In this document: piece after piece, positions 47,496 through 56,253 of the stretch | Position numbering within the stretch: position 1 is the stretch's first letter | How the letters are laid out: each line of letters opens with the position of its first letter | Virus record (IMG/VR): IMGVR_UViG_3300010429_000303 | Location: 1 to 64,000 of that record | Strand: one strand, 5' to 3' | Length of the DNA stretch: 64,000 nucleotides | Origin: a virus | Lineage: Duplodnaviria > Caudoviricetes | Notes under the pieces: model-generated | What the model was told of the DNA's origin: nothing | Databases searched by the model: none | Seen by the model: the letters and a program-made list of their open reading frames with translations, nothing else | Made by a program: the position numbers and the translations under genes

Positions 47496-48764
47496 ATGCT
47501 TTCGTTCAGGCAGTTCTTTAATAACCTCTCAGAAGCCATTCAACAACTGGTTAAAGATGACTTAGACCAGATTATCAAATCTCCAGGGGAGACATTAGTT
47601 CACTTTTCTAATTCAGAAGAGTTCCCTCCTACTTCAAAGAGTAGGGGAACAATGACGGCCTATAATGGTGAGTTTGCGGGCTCTAAGATTGGAAAGTCTA
47701 TAACCAAAGCTAAGGATGCCTTGTTCTTCTGGTTCTTAAAGGATATCTACATTCCCCAAACCAACACTAAAAAAATAGCTATTTCTGGATTGTTTAGCAA
47801 CCGAACTTACCTCTATCTTGCAGACCTACCAACAAACCAATCAGAAATTTTGAGAGTTTCTAGATATCAAGAATCTCAATTTGTCCGAGATATCACCAAC
47901 TTAAAGAACAAGGGTTACGATATCTTGGAAACAAATCTTCCCTTAGAGATTAAAGATAACCTTTTAGACATCTTAGAATTTGGTGATAACGATCAGTTAA
48001 GGTTTGAACGACCACAGAATAAGAGTCCTAATTTTAATGACTTAATGTCTAGTTTATTTCCTGAGTTTGGCCAGGTTACCTTAGGAGGGCCTAAAGTAAC
48101 ACAACTACCTTCTGCAGTGAACACCACTAAACAGGCTATCTTAATTCTTCTAGCTGCTAAACAAAATCCAGATATTCAAAAACAGTTGGTCTTCCAGAAT
48201 AATACTCCCTTTAGTGGAAATTTCATTGAACGATACTCTGAGGTAAAGCTAAAAGGGGGAGGTATTGATGAGGTAAAACTTTCAGAACTCTTATCTGGGT
48301 TCCAATTAGATATTCCTAAGACACTTAAGAATCTGGCTAAACTGTCAACAACCAAAAGAACTTCTGAAGGGACCAAGGTTTCCCCAGAAGACTACATCAA
48401 AGCCATGAATGCGTTTTTAGTTCACTACAATAAGAAGATAGGGGGACAGTTTGATATAGACAATCCAGCATGGAAACTATGGTTAACCGTACTATTCTTC
48501 TCCTTCGATCAAAATGAATCTTGGGTTTCACTCTGGAAAGAATTAGGTTATTCTGTCATCATAGATGATGATCCAAACACTCAAATAGTTCCTGGCTTGG
48601 AAAAGATGGTGGTAAACAAGTTAAGTCAATATGGCTCTGAAGCAGAGCGAATGCTCACCCGAATGGACAACGAAGGAACTCAGATTGTGGTGTTGGATCC
48701 TAAGGTGTTGACAAACATTAGAAGATTTAATCTTTCTGAACTACAACCCCCAGAAGATGATTAG
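47496..48764 (+). CDS. Hypothetical protein, capsid-targeting-like N-terminus, possible ART-like fold
   Basis: MLSFRQFFNNLSE; VHFS...LGYSVIIDD...QIVVLDP. Confidence 0.65.
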   Translation: MLSFRQFFNNLSEAIQQLVKDDLDQIIKSPGETLVHFSNSEEFPPTSKSRGTMTAYNGEFAGSKIGKSITKAKDALFFWFLKDIYIPQTNTKKIAISGLFSNRTYLYLADLPTNQSEILRVSRYQESQFVRDITNLKNKGYDILETNLPLEIKDNLLDILEFGDNDQLRFERPQNKSPNFNDLMSSLFPEFGQVTLGGPKVTQLPSAVNTTKQAILILLAAKQNPDIQKQLVFQNNTPFSGNFIERYSEVKLKGGGIDEVKLSELLSGFQLDIPKTLKNLAKLSTTKRTSEGTKVSPEDYIKAMNAFLVHYNKKIGGQFDIDNPAWKLWLTVLFFSFDQNESWVSLWKELGYSVIIDDDPNTQIVPGLEKMVVNKLSQYGSEAERMLTRMDNEGTQIVVLDPKVLTNIRRFNLSELQPPEDD

Positions 48765-49671
48765 GGAAGAAGAGATTGCAGACCTCTTTAATCTCTTGAT
48801 GGTAATCAGGATGAACAATCAGAGCAAATCCTATCCCACAATTCAGAACTGTCCTTAGTTCATCTTCCTCCAACTTTCCCTTTTCTTGAATAGTTATGAA
48901 TAGTGGGGGAAGTGTAGGGATGTCAAGATCTGAAGTAAGGTAAGGTGGAATGACTCTAGTCAAATTTCCCAGCAATCCTCCCCCAGTGATATTTGCCCCT
49001 ACTTTAATCACTGAGGAGAAAGTCTCTTTAAGTCTCTTAACCAAAGGGGCATAGAGGTGTGTGGGTCTGAGAAGATCATAAAGTTCATCCCTAGAGAATG
49101 GGTTCTGGTCATGAATTTTCCTTATCAAACTGAACCCATTGGCGTGGGGGCCAGAAGATTCAATCCCTAAAATCATATCGCCTTCTTGAACCCGGTCAGA
49201 GCACCAGAGTTCTGATTTAGCTACTTTTCCCACACCAAAGCCAGCAATGTCAAACACTCCTCTTTGAATCATGTCTGGAAGTTCTGCTGTTTCTCCCCCA
49301 ATCAGAGAACAACCACATTGTTCACATGCCGCCTTGACTCCTAAGATCAATTCAGAAAGATCAAGATCCCCTATCTTATGGACGGCCAGGTAGTCGAGGA
49401 GGAAAAGAGGAAGGGCCCCAGTAGTAATGATATCATTCACCACCATGGCTACTAAATCTTGTCCTAGTGTGAAAAGATGGTTAGGAAGGTGGTTCTCTAA
49501 AACTAGGATTAGTTTAGAGCCTACCCCATCAGTTGAACTCACCCAAACGTCGTCTCCTTCTTCAAACAGACTGGCAAACCCCCCATCAGTCACTCCATTC
49601 TTCTTAAGAGTTTCAACCCAGGTATCGTTCCTTCCCACAGAAACCCCACAGTCCTGGTAGCTTAGAGACAT
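48727..49671 (-). CDS. purM: AIR synthetase PurM
   Basis: GGFASLF, TDGVGSK, DLVAMVVND, FLLDYLA, GGETAELP, SSGPHANGFS, ITGGG, NCGIG. Confidence 0.93.
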   Translation of the reverse strand: MSLSYQDCGVSVGRNDTWVETLKKNGVTDGGFASLFEEGDDVWVSSTDGVGSKLILVLENHLPNHLFTLGQDLVAMVVNDIITTGALPLFLLDYLAVHKIGDLDLSELILGVKAACEQCGCSLIGGETAELPDMIQRGVFDIAGFGVGKVAKSELWCSDRVQEGDMILGIESSGPHANGFSLIRKIHDQNPFSRDELYDLLRPTHLYAPLVKRLKETFSSVIKVGANITGGGLLGNLTRVIPPYLTSDLDIPTLPPLFITIQEKGKLEEDELRTVLNCGIGFALIVHPDYHQEIKEVCNLFFPNHLLGVVVQKD

Positions 49672-51455
49672 TCAATCCTCTCTTCACTTGGATAGTGATG
49701 GAATCTATGATGTTCTACTGGAGAGGCTAACAAGACACCCCCTAAAATCTCTCCTCGAATCTGACGTTGGTAGGAATGAGACATGATGGTAGATTCATGG
49801 GGGAATCTAAATACGGGGTCTAAGTAAATCTTTCTGGACCCTTCTTGAGTAAGAAGAATAGGCCAGTTGCAGTAATGAACTAACCCTAGAGCATACGGGA
49901 GTTCTTCAAAGGTTCTAATGGATGAGAACCGGGTAAAGGGAATGAAGCTGGTATCTAACTTCTCGGGTTGTTCGGGAAACAACTCAGGAAGTAGTTCAGC
50001 GGGAACATTACACCAAGCCCAGGCCTTATCATTGTTACCAAAGAATTCAGAAAAGTTAAGTTTTAAGAAATCCAAGTTCTCTAAGGCTAGAATAGATAAA
50101 GATTTTCTAAGTAGACCAGGAATATACCGTTGAAATCCAGACCGACAAGGGGGAGTGTGTTTACCACAAAGGCCCATATCATCTTCAAAGAAGATCATAG
50201 TCTGAAACTCTGGGTGTTTAGCAAAATCTTCAGCTACCCACTGTCTTCCTGAACAAATCCCTAGATTACCATAAGATTCTACCCGGAAGCCAAACTCCTT
50301 AGCAATCTCTAAATTCTCCTTTTTAGCTTCTTCAGAAGTAGAGTTGTCTAACAGTGTCCATGAAGGTTTTCCAAAGAATTCTGGGTATGCAGATTTTATA
50401 GTTGTTAAAGTGTGTCGTAACTGTTCGGGAAAGTTAAATGTCATACAGTAGACCGCTAACGAAGAAATAGGATCTCTCCTGGCTAAAGGTCGTTGAATCT
50501 CCATTTTAGGTTCTGGGGGAGATTCAAGTACACTCGTTTCCTCCTTATGGCCCAATGTGGTGACTACGATATCCTGGGTAAACGGGATCTTAGGTCTGAT
50601 AGAACTGACATCCACGAATGACCCTACCCCTGTTTTTACTGCTTCACAGAAGTTAGAGATCATCCCGTATTCTTGAAGCATAAACAGATTGATATCCATG
50701 GGGTATCGGTAGCCCAATACAGTAAATAAAGACTCCTCTGTCCCTAAGAACCCAGCATGAAGCGTAGAGGCTAGTAGACTGTAATAGAGAGAATTAAACT
50801 TCTGAATGGTTTCTTTATTGCCCCCAAACATTCCTCCTCGACAGACAAATTCTACATTAGGAACTTCACAATACTTATTCAAGGCAGATCGATTAAAGCC
50901 GTGAATCTCAGGTCCAGTAGCATAAGGAAAAGCTAGGAACAAGAAAGGATCCAGGAATGTCTCTAACTTATGAAGAATCTTATCGTGGGAAAAGTAGCCT
51001 TTATGAACGGTGTTTGTGATCCCAGCGTCTAACCACAGGAAGTACTCAGTATTAAAAGGATTCGTGATAGAGGCATCTGACATCATGAACATCTTAGCCA
51101 AGACAAAAGGTAGATAAAGATCTAATTTAGCCTGGGGGGATTCTTCCAACCAGGAGGCCTGTTTAGCCCACTCAGGTCTCTCTCGAAGGTGCTTTACTAG
51201 AGTGGAGAACTCAAACCAGTCTCTAAATTGTTGAGAACTTCGTTCTAGGATCTGGGTGTTCTCTTCCTTCCTGGTTTCCTTGATTAGAGGAACTACTTTG
51301 TTCTCAGTAAAGATGATCATTGGAAGGTCAGCCGTACTTTCCAATAACTCCTTAAATTTATCTAGGTAGAATTGAAAGTCCCTACTGAAGGAGGAATCTA
51401 ATTTATCCCTCCCCATATCATACAACCCGGTAACTAAGGTAATGTTCGGTTTCAT
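49662..51455 (-). CDS. HtrL/YibB-like glycosyltransferase fused to a second GT-A domain
   Basis: TLVTGLYDMGR, NPFNTEYFLWLDAG, GGMFGG, GTEES; second domain MTFNFP, LLDNS, FFEDD. Confidence 0.75.
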   Translation of the reverse strand: MKPNITLVTGLYDMGRDKLDSSFSRDFQFYLDKFKELLESTADLPMIIFTENKVVPLIKETRKEENTQILERSSQQFRDWFEFSTLVKHLRERPEWAKQASWLEESPQAKLDLYLPFVLAKMFMMSDASITNPFNTEYFLWLDAGITNTVHKGYFSHDKILHKLETFLDPFLFLAFPYATGPEIHGFNRSALNKYCEVPNVEFVCRGGMFGGNKETIQKFNSLYYSLLASTLHAGFLGTEESLFTVLGYRYPMDINLFMLQEYGMISNFCEAVKTGVGSFVDVSSIRPKIPFTQDIVVTTLGHKEETSVLESPPEPKMEIQRPLARRDPISSLAVYCMTFNFPEQLRHTLTTIKSAYPEFFGKPSWTLLDNSTSEEAKKENLEIAKEFGFRVESYGNLGICSGRQWVAEDFAKHPEFQTMIFFEDDMGLCGKHTPPCRSGFQRYIPGLLRKSLSILALENLDFLKLNFSEFFGNNDKAWAWCNVPAELLPELFPEQPEKLDTSFIPFTRFSSIRTFEELPYALGLVHYCNWPILLTQEGSRKIYLDPVFRFPHESTIMSHSYQRQIRGEILGGVLLASPVEHHRFHHYPSEERIECL

Positions 51456-51464
51456 TCTGGACCT

Positions 51465-52754
51465 TTAAGAAATGGTGTCAATGAGTTTGCCTTCTAAAGG
51501 GGAAGGACTCCACCCTTGAGACCTGGAATGTGGCCAAACTACCCAAGTGGTAGGGAGACATGGCATGTGGAACTCCCTCCATAGGTTTATCCAATCCTTT
51601 GTTTCTAACGTTCGATAGAATGAAGAAATCTCAGAATCTACAGCATCCTTTCTGAATATTTCATTCCCCTGGGCATCCTTAAAGATAACGGCAAAGAAGT
51701 CGTAATCTCTTAGGGGAAGTTGAGATTTATGAATGTCAATACAGTGTCTAAAGATAGGCTCAAATGACTTGTTATATTCATCTTCAGAAGTCCACTGATC
51801 ATTTGGGTTTGGTGGAGGTTTATGGTCTAAAGTCCACCGTTGTACTGACCTATCCTTGAATCTAATTCCAGCAAACTTTTCATATTCGGCCAATGATCTT
51901 ACTGGACCAAGACCATACCTCCCGAAATCAATGTCATTTTTGATTCCATCCATACCAAACAACTTTCTATGACGTTCATGAGACTTCTTGTTCAACTCTA
52001 CCCAACGGTTATTGTTATCCCAAACCTTTAACCCCTTTCGATAATCCCGGGTATACTCATGGAATGCAATCTGTTTATTTGGGCAAAACAGGTCATATCC
52101 CCAAGTCCAAGACCTCACTGAAAGAGAACTTTCTTCCCCATGAAAGAAGAGATTAGGATCATAAGGGACTTCTTTGACATAGGAGCCAGGGGCAAAGACA
52201 AAGTGTCCGGAGAAGTACCTTGACAGGAGAGGAGATTTCATCTCTTCTTCAGTCATAGAGGAGGGGAGAATAAAGAAAGGGGATTCGGGGATGAACCTAT
52301 CCCAGTCTAACCGCCAACATTCTGGGGCTCGCCCTTCTGGATCATTGAATGGATTATAGGAGGGTAAATAGGTAGTCAATACTGGCTTGGAGTAACCAGA
52401 GGCTTGAAGTTCTTTTATCATCTCAATACAGAGACTATCCCAGTGTTTTACAAACCTGTGGTGGGAATCTAATTGGAGATACCAATCTTCATCAGTAAAC
52501 CTATCTTGAATAGTAGCCCTAGCCCAACACGTCCCTTTAGTTTGGTCATAGGGAATTTCTAAGATAGTAAATCTGGGATCACTTTTATACTCGTTAAGTT
52601 GATCAACCTCAAAAGGTTCTTCAGTTCCATTCTGAAGAAAGATAGTAAGATGAAGATTATCAGGATTCTTAGCATTGGTCAAAAGAGACTTTAAGGTAGG
52701 GATGAGTTCTGGGTCTCTGAAAGAAGCTATAGAGCAAAAGATTTTGTCAGACAT
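51465..52754 (-). CDS. GT60-like (Skp1/Gnt1-type) polypeptide GlcNAc transferase
   Basis: IFCSIASFRDPEL, GTCWAR, LQLDSHHRF..WD, LTTY, EVPYDP..FHGEE, WTWGYD, FHEY. Confidence 0.85.
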   Translation of the reverse strand: MSDKIFCSIASFRDPELIPTLKSLLTNAKNPDNLHLTIFLQNGTEEPFEVDQLNEYKSDPRFTILEIPYDQTKGTCWARATIQDRFTDEDWYLQLDSHHRFVKHWDSLCIEMIKELQASGYSKPVLTTYLPSYNPFNDPEGRAPECWRLDWDRFIPESPFFILPSSMTEEEMKSPLLSRYFSGHFVFAPGSYVKEVPYDPNLFFHGEESSLSVRSWTWGYDLFCPNKQIAFHEYTRDYRKGLKVWDNNNRWVELNKKSHERHRKLFGMDGIKNDIDFGRYGLGPVRSLAEYEKFAGIRFKDRSVQRWTLDHKPPPNPNDQWTSEDEYNKSFEPIFRHCIDIHKSQLPLRDYDFFAVIFKDAQGNEIFRKDAVDSEISSFYRTLETKDWINLWREFHMPCLPTTWVVWPHSRSQGWSPSPLEGKLIDTIS

Positions 52755-52781
52755 TTGGACTCCTAGGGGTTCAATTTTGAC

Positions 52782-52789
52782 TATTTAGT
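52782..52789 (-). promoter_or_regulatory. Late-promoter motif ACTAAATA for the GT60-HtrL-purM operon
   Basis: tatttagt on + strand, about 28 nt upstream of ATG 52754 with AGGAG RBS. Confidence 0.65.
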
Positions 52790-52834
52790 AGAGAAAGCAC
52801 GCTAATGCAAAAATTTGATCTCTTGCAGCTCAAC

Positions 52835-52860
52835 ACAGGGGTGTGACGTCGCACCCCTGT
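52835..52860. promoter_or_regulatory. 26-bp near-perfect palindrome
   Basis: ACAGGGGTGTGACGTCGCACCCCTGT, one mismatch. Confidence 0.6.
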
Positions 52861-52892
52861 TGAACTATTTTTCTAGGAACCCGAAAAATCAC

Positions 52893-52921
52893 TTGAACTT
52901 ATCCTCAAAATCCGTTATTAT
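52893..52921 (+). promoter_or_regulatory. Sigma70-type early promoter
   Basis: TTGAAC-N17-TATTAT, A-rich upstream, precedes three small ORFs. Confidence 0.65.
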
Positions 52922-52954
52922 TCTTTTTGTGAACTAAACAACGAGGATTTAAAG

Positions 52955-53152
52955 ATGACCAAAATCGAGCTCCTAGCCAAACTTCGGGACAATGTCGAAA
53001 GCACCGAAACCCGTCCAGATGGGTCTAAGTGGGGCGAAGTCTACCTCCCGAACGTGGGGAGTGGTCATAAGTTTGCTGGGTTGTTGTCCACGTTAGCCAA
53101 AGATGGGATGTACGAACAGCAGGATCAGACGTTTGGTCTAGTTAAGCTTTAA
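52955..53152 (+). CDS. Small hypothetical (early) protein
   Basis: 65 aa, GAGGA RBS. Confidence 0.75.
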   Translation: MTKIELLAKLRDNVESTETRPDGSKWGEVYLPNVGSGHKFAGLLSTLAKDGMYEQQDQTFGLVKL

Positions 53153-53164
53153 GGAGAGACTGAG

Positions 53165-53449
53165 ATGTCTACTCAGAAGAAAGTGATCTCCATGGCTAAT
53201 CGACTGTTTGCTGCCAATGAAGTCGTCTATCGAAACCTGTTCTCAATGATCATTACATCTGGTAGACGACGAACTCACACTTTTCATAACCTAACCCATC
53301 AAACTCCAGAACTTTTGCCTAAAATTTGTTCGGAATTGACTACGATGTTTCTGACAGAGAACATAGATTATAAGGTGTCAATGAGAATGAATGAAGTTGA
53401 TCGTAAATCTTTAAAGACTGTTCACTCCTTAGTCATCACTCCTAACTGA
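53165..53449 (+). CDS. Small hypothetical protein
   Basis: 94 aa, AAGGAG RBS. Confidence 0.75.
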   Translation: MSTQKKVISMANRLFAANEVVYRNLFSMIITSGRRRTHTFHNLTHQTPELLPKICSELTTMFLTENIDYKVSMRMNEVDRKSLKTVHSLVITPN

Positions 53450-53465
53450 TTGAAGGAAATTTAAA

Positions 53466-53729
53466 ATGGCTACGATTACTCAGATTGTTGAAGAATCCTT
53501 TAAGAACTCTTCATTGGCCCAGATCTCCACGACTAAATTGGTGGAGGGGATTAAGATTATTCACAAGGAACGTAGCATTTTCATTCCGATGGGACTGGCA
53601 AACAAATTGGAAAAGGTGCGTAAAATCAGCAACCATAAGGATAAGATTACCTTCTTTACCGATTCTGATAAGTTGGTTCTCCGGACTATTGATCTTAAGC
53701 ACCATGTAACCCTGTTTAAGATTCTTTAA
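53466..53729 (+). CDS. Small hypothetical protein
   Basis: 87 aa, AAGGA RBS. Confidence 0.7.
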   Translation: MATITQIVEESFKNSSLAQISTTKLVEGIKIIHKERSIFIPMGLANKLEKVRKISNHKDKITFFTDSDKLVLRTIDLKHHVTLFKIL

Positions 53730-53732
53730 GGA

Positions 53733-54323
53733 CTAGAAAATCTCCATGCTAGGTCTAAACTGCCTTAGTTGCATCAATAGTTTATAATCAGAAGAGTGAT
53801 CTATCCTGGAAGTATTTTCCTCTTGACCAAGGAGATCTAACCTTCGTTGAAATCTGATATGTTTCAATTGAATGTTAATGAACGGTTTCTTGGTATGCTC
53901 TAACCAGAGAGTTCTGAGTTGAGTACAGATAAGCTGACGGTAAGTAACCTTCTCCTTTTCTGAAAGACTCTTAGCAAAGAGTACCAGATTGGTAATCAGG
54001 GTAGTCTTAAACTTCTGGAGAAACTGGTTCTCCTTCATATCAGTGGTTACCAGGAGATTAAGATCCAAGCCAAACAGTCCAGGAATGTGGTTATTCCCAA
54101 GGGGAATTAGATACCTATACCCCATCTTGTCCACCAAGGAAATGGGGATTAAGATTGGGGTATGATCTATCAGTGTTCCCGGCTTTACTACTTCAGGGGC
54201 TTGAACTATTAGATAGAGACATTGAACTTCAAGAGATCCATTCTCCTGAAATACTAAAGGTTCTATAATGCCCAGTTGCTTCTTGATATGTTGAACAACT
54301 GGGCTAACAGTCCTAGAAGGCAA
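53733..54323 (-). CDS. Hypothetical protein
   Basis: 196-aa ORF. Confidence 0.6.
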   Translation of the reverse strand: MPSRTVSPVVQHIKKQLGIIEPLVFQENGSLEVQCLYLIVQAPEVVKPGTLIDHTPILIPISLVDKMGYRYLIPLGNNHIPGLFGLDLNLLVTTDMKENQFLQKFKTTLITNLVLFAKSLSEKEKVTYRQLICTQLRTLWLEHTKKPFINIQLKHIRFQRRLDLLGQEENTSRIDHSSDYKLLMQLRQFRPSMEIF

Positions 54324-54792
54324 CTACGGTCTCCACTTTTTTCTTCCGCCCACGCTTCTTGGGAACGGCTACTACTTTCTCTTCTACACCCACCTCTTCC
54401 TGCACCAACTCTTCCCCTGCTGATTCCTCTTTCTCTTCCACTTCAGCAACAACCGCTTCCTGAACCAGCTCTTCCCCTACTACTTCTTCAGGCACTTCTG
54501 CAACAACCTCCTCCTTGGGTTCAGTCTTAATCCCTTTAAGAGTTACCAACTGGGCTTCTGCTTCTGCCTTATCTTCAGATTCAAATACCAATTCCATTGT
54601 AAGTTCAGGAAACTCTTTCTGACTCTCTGTCAGATAACGAACCAGAGGGGAGTTTACTGGGATTTTACTTGGATTCTTAATAGAATTTTGAAATAAATAG
54701 TCTAGGTACTTAAGATTTTTCTTGATATCCTTAGACAAGATATAATGGACAAACTCTGAGGATGGGTCCGAAAACTTATAAATTTGATTCAT
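54313..54792 (-). CDS. Hypothetical protein with Glu/Val-rich tail and KKRGRKKK
   Basis: 159 aa, GGAG RBS, GEELVQE twice. Confidence 0.7.
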   Translation of the reverse strand: MNQIYKFSDPSSEFVHYILSKDIKKNLKYLDYLFQNSIKNPSKIPVNSPLVRYLTESQKEFPELTMELVFESEDKAEAEAQLVTLKGIKTEPKEEVVAEVPEEVVGEELVQEAVVAEVEEKEESAGEELVQEEVGVEEKVVAVPKKRGRKKKVETVVAF

Positions 54793-54813
54793 TGGGTTGA
54801 CTCCAAAAAAATA

Positions 54814-55377
54814 ATGACAACAATTTTAGGGATAGACTTCTCACTCACTTCCCCGGCGTATACGCTTCTGTCTGATACCCAGGCAACATGCTATTGTGTC
54901 TCTTCAGTGAAACAGACGATAGATGTTCTGGTTTCACCTAATATGCGTATAGTTATTTATCCCCTCGAAAAACACTTCACCTCCCACTTTGAAAGAATGG
55001 AGTATCTGGCTAGGCTGCCTTGCTCGTTAGCCCAAGAATGTAATGCAGTTGCCATTGAGGACTACTCGTTTGGGTCGGTTGGCATGGTATTCAGCATTGC
55101 AGAAATAACCGGGTTTGTGAAGTATAAGCTCTGGGAAATGGGTAAATCCCCATATCTGATATCCCCTACCGCAGTAAAGAAGTGGGCTACTGGCAAGGGA
55201 AATGCCAAGAAGGAAGCCATGATTTTAGCATTCCAAGAAAAGACAGGAATAAATCTTATGGAAAGTTTACCACTAAATAAACAGAAACCATTTACATCCC
55301 CCATTTCTGATATTGTAGATTCTTACCATATAGCGTGTTTTTACCGCCAAATCCTGTCAGAGACCACCTTAGGATAG
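54814..55377 (+). CDS. RuvC-like Holliday junction resolvase
   Basis: ILGIDFSLTSP, AIEDYSF, IAEITG.VK, KKWATGKGNAKK, DIVDSY. Confidence 0.88.
   Translation: MTTILGIDFSLTSPAYTLLSDTQATCYCVSSVKQTIDVLVSPNMRIVIYPLEKHFTSHFERMEYLARLPCSLAQECNAVAIEDYSFGSVGMVFSIAEITGFVKYKLWEMGKSPYLISPTAVKKWATGKGNAKKEAMILAFQEKTGINLMESLPLNKQKPFTSPISDIVDSYHIACFYRQILSETTLG
55272..55279 (+). promoter_or_regulatory. ACTAAATA late-promoter motif upstream of the wedge operon
   Basis: Octamer about 100 nt before ORF 55382. Confidence 0.5.
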
Positions 55378-55381
55378 AACT

Positions 55382-55867
55382 ATGTCACTTGAAGAATCCA
55401 TTTTAACACTTGAAACCAATGCCATAGCCTTTAATGGTATTATGGATGGAGACCCTGATGATATTTTCTATTCGGCAGAGGGGGTAGAATACAAGTCATT
55501 GAGTGGCTTCTATGCAGAGGTACTTTCTACCTGTCAGTCCCTGGCTAACCTTATGGTCTGTGATCTAGGAACTACTGGGGCATCGGAAAGTTTAGATCTT
55601 GAACCCTATCGAGTATTTACTGGAATCCTTGGGGCTGCAACAACTTTTGAGTTTACTGGATCAGTGGTAGCAGATGTTTTAGTTGAACTTACCTTAACGT
55701 TAACCCAGGATGGGGTAGGAAACAGAACCTTTACCTTTCCAGAATCAGTTACCTGGGAGAATGGAGAGTTACCAGATCTTCCTATGACACCGGGAACTAG
55801 ATACCTAATAAAACTTATCTCTACCGATAGGGCTACGTCTTTTCTCGGTAGGGTTTCTTGGTTCTAA
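55382..55867 (+). CDS. Tail/fibre-associated protein
   Basis: LTLTQDGVGNRTFTFP..VTW pattern seen at tail-fibre C-termini. Confidence 0.6.
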   Translation: MSLEESILTLETNAIAFNGIMDGDPDDIFYSAEGVEYKSLSGFYAEVLSTCQSLANLMVCDLGTTGASESLDLEPYRVFTGILGAATTFEFTGSVVADVLVELTLTLTQDGVGNRTFTFPESVTWENGELPDLPMTPGTRYLIKLISTDRATSFLGRVSWF

Positions 55868-55870
55868 ACC

Positions 55871-56248
55871 ATGGCCATTTATACTGATTTTGACTTAAAA
55901 ATGGTACAGAACCCCTATACCAAAGATGTTAGGCGGCTAGAGGATTCTGATACCATCAAAGCCTCTATCAGAAACATCATTATGACCAATAGATACGAAC
56001 GTAGGTTTAATCTGTTTTTTGGTGGAAATGTTCGAAACTATCTGTTTGAGACATTAGATCTCCTTGAGTTAGAAACCATCAAGGAAGATATCATCAGTAA
56101 GATTACTCGATATGAACCCAGACTTTCTAGTATTAAGATTCTCTCTGCTAAGAGTGGAGACAATGATATTTCTTTTAGAGTTGAATACATCATTAAGAAT
56201 GAGACCGTCCCTAATACTTTAGATGTAATTATCTACAGGAATAGATAA
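55871..56248 (+). CDS. 25: Baseplate wedge gp25
   Basis: YTDFDL..NP.TKDV, SIRNIIMT..YER.F..FG...YLFE, YEPR. Confidence 0.92.
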   Translation: MAIYTDFDLKMVQNPYTKDVRRLEDSDTIKASIRNIIMTNRYERRFNLFFGGNVRNYLFETLDLLELETIKEDIISKITRYEPRLSSIKILSAKSGDNDISFRVEYIIKNETVPNTLDVIIYRNR

Positions 56249-56253
56249 GATTT

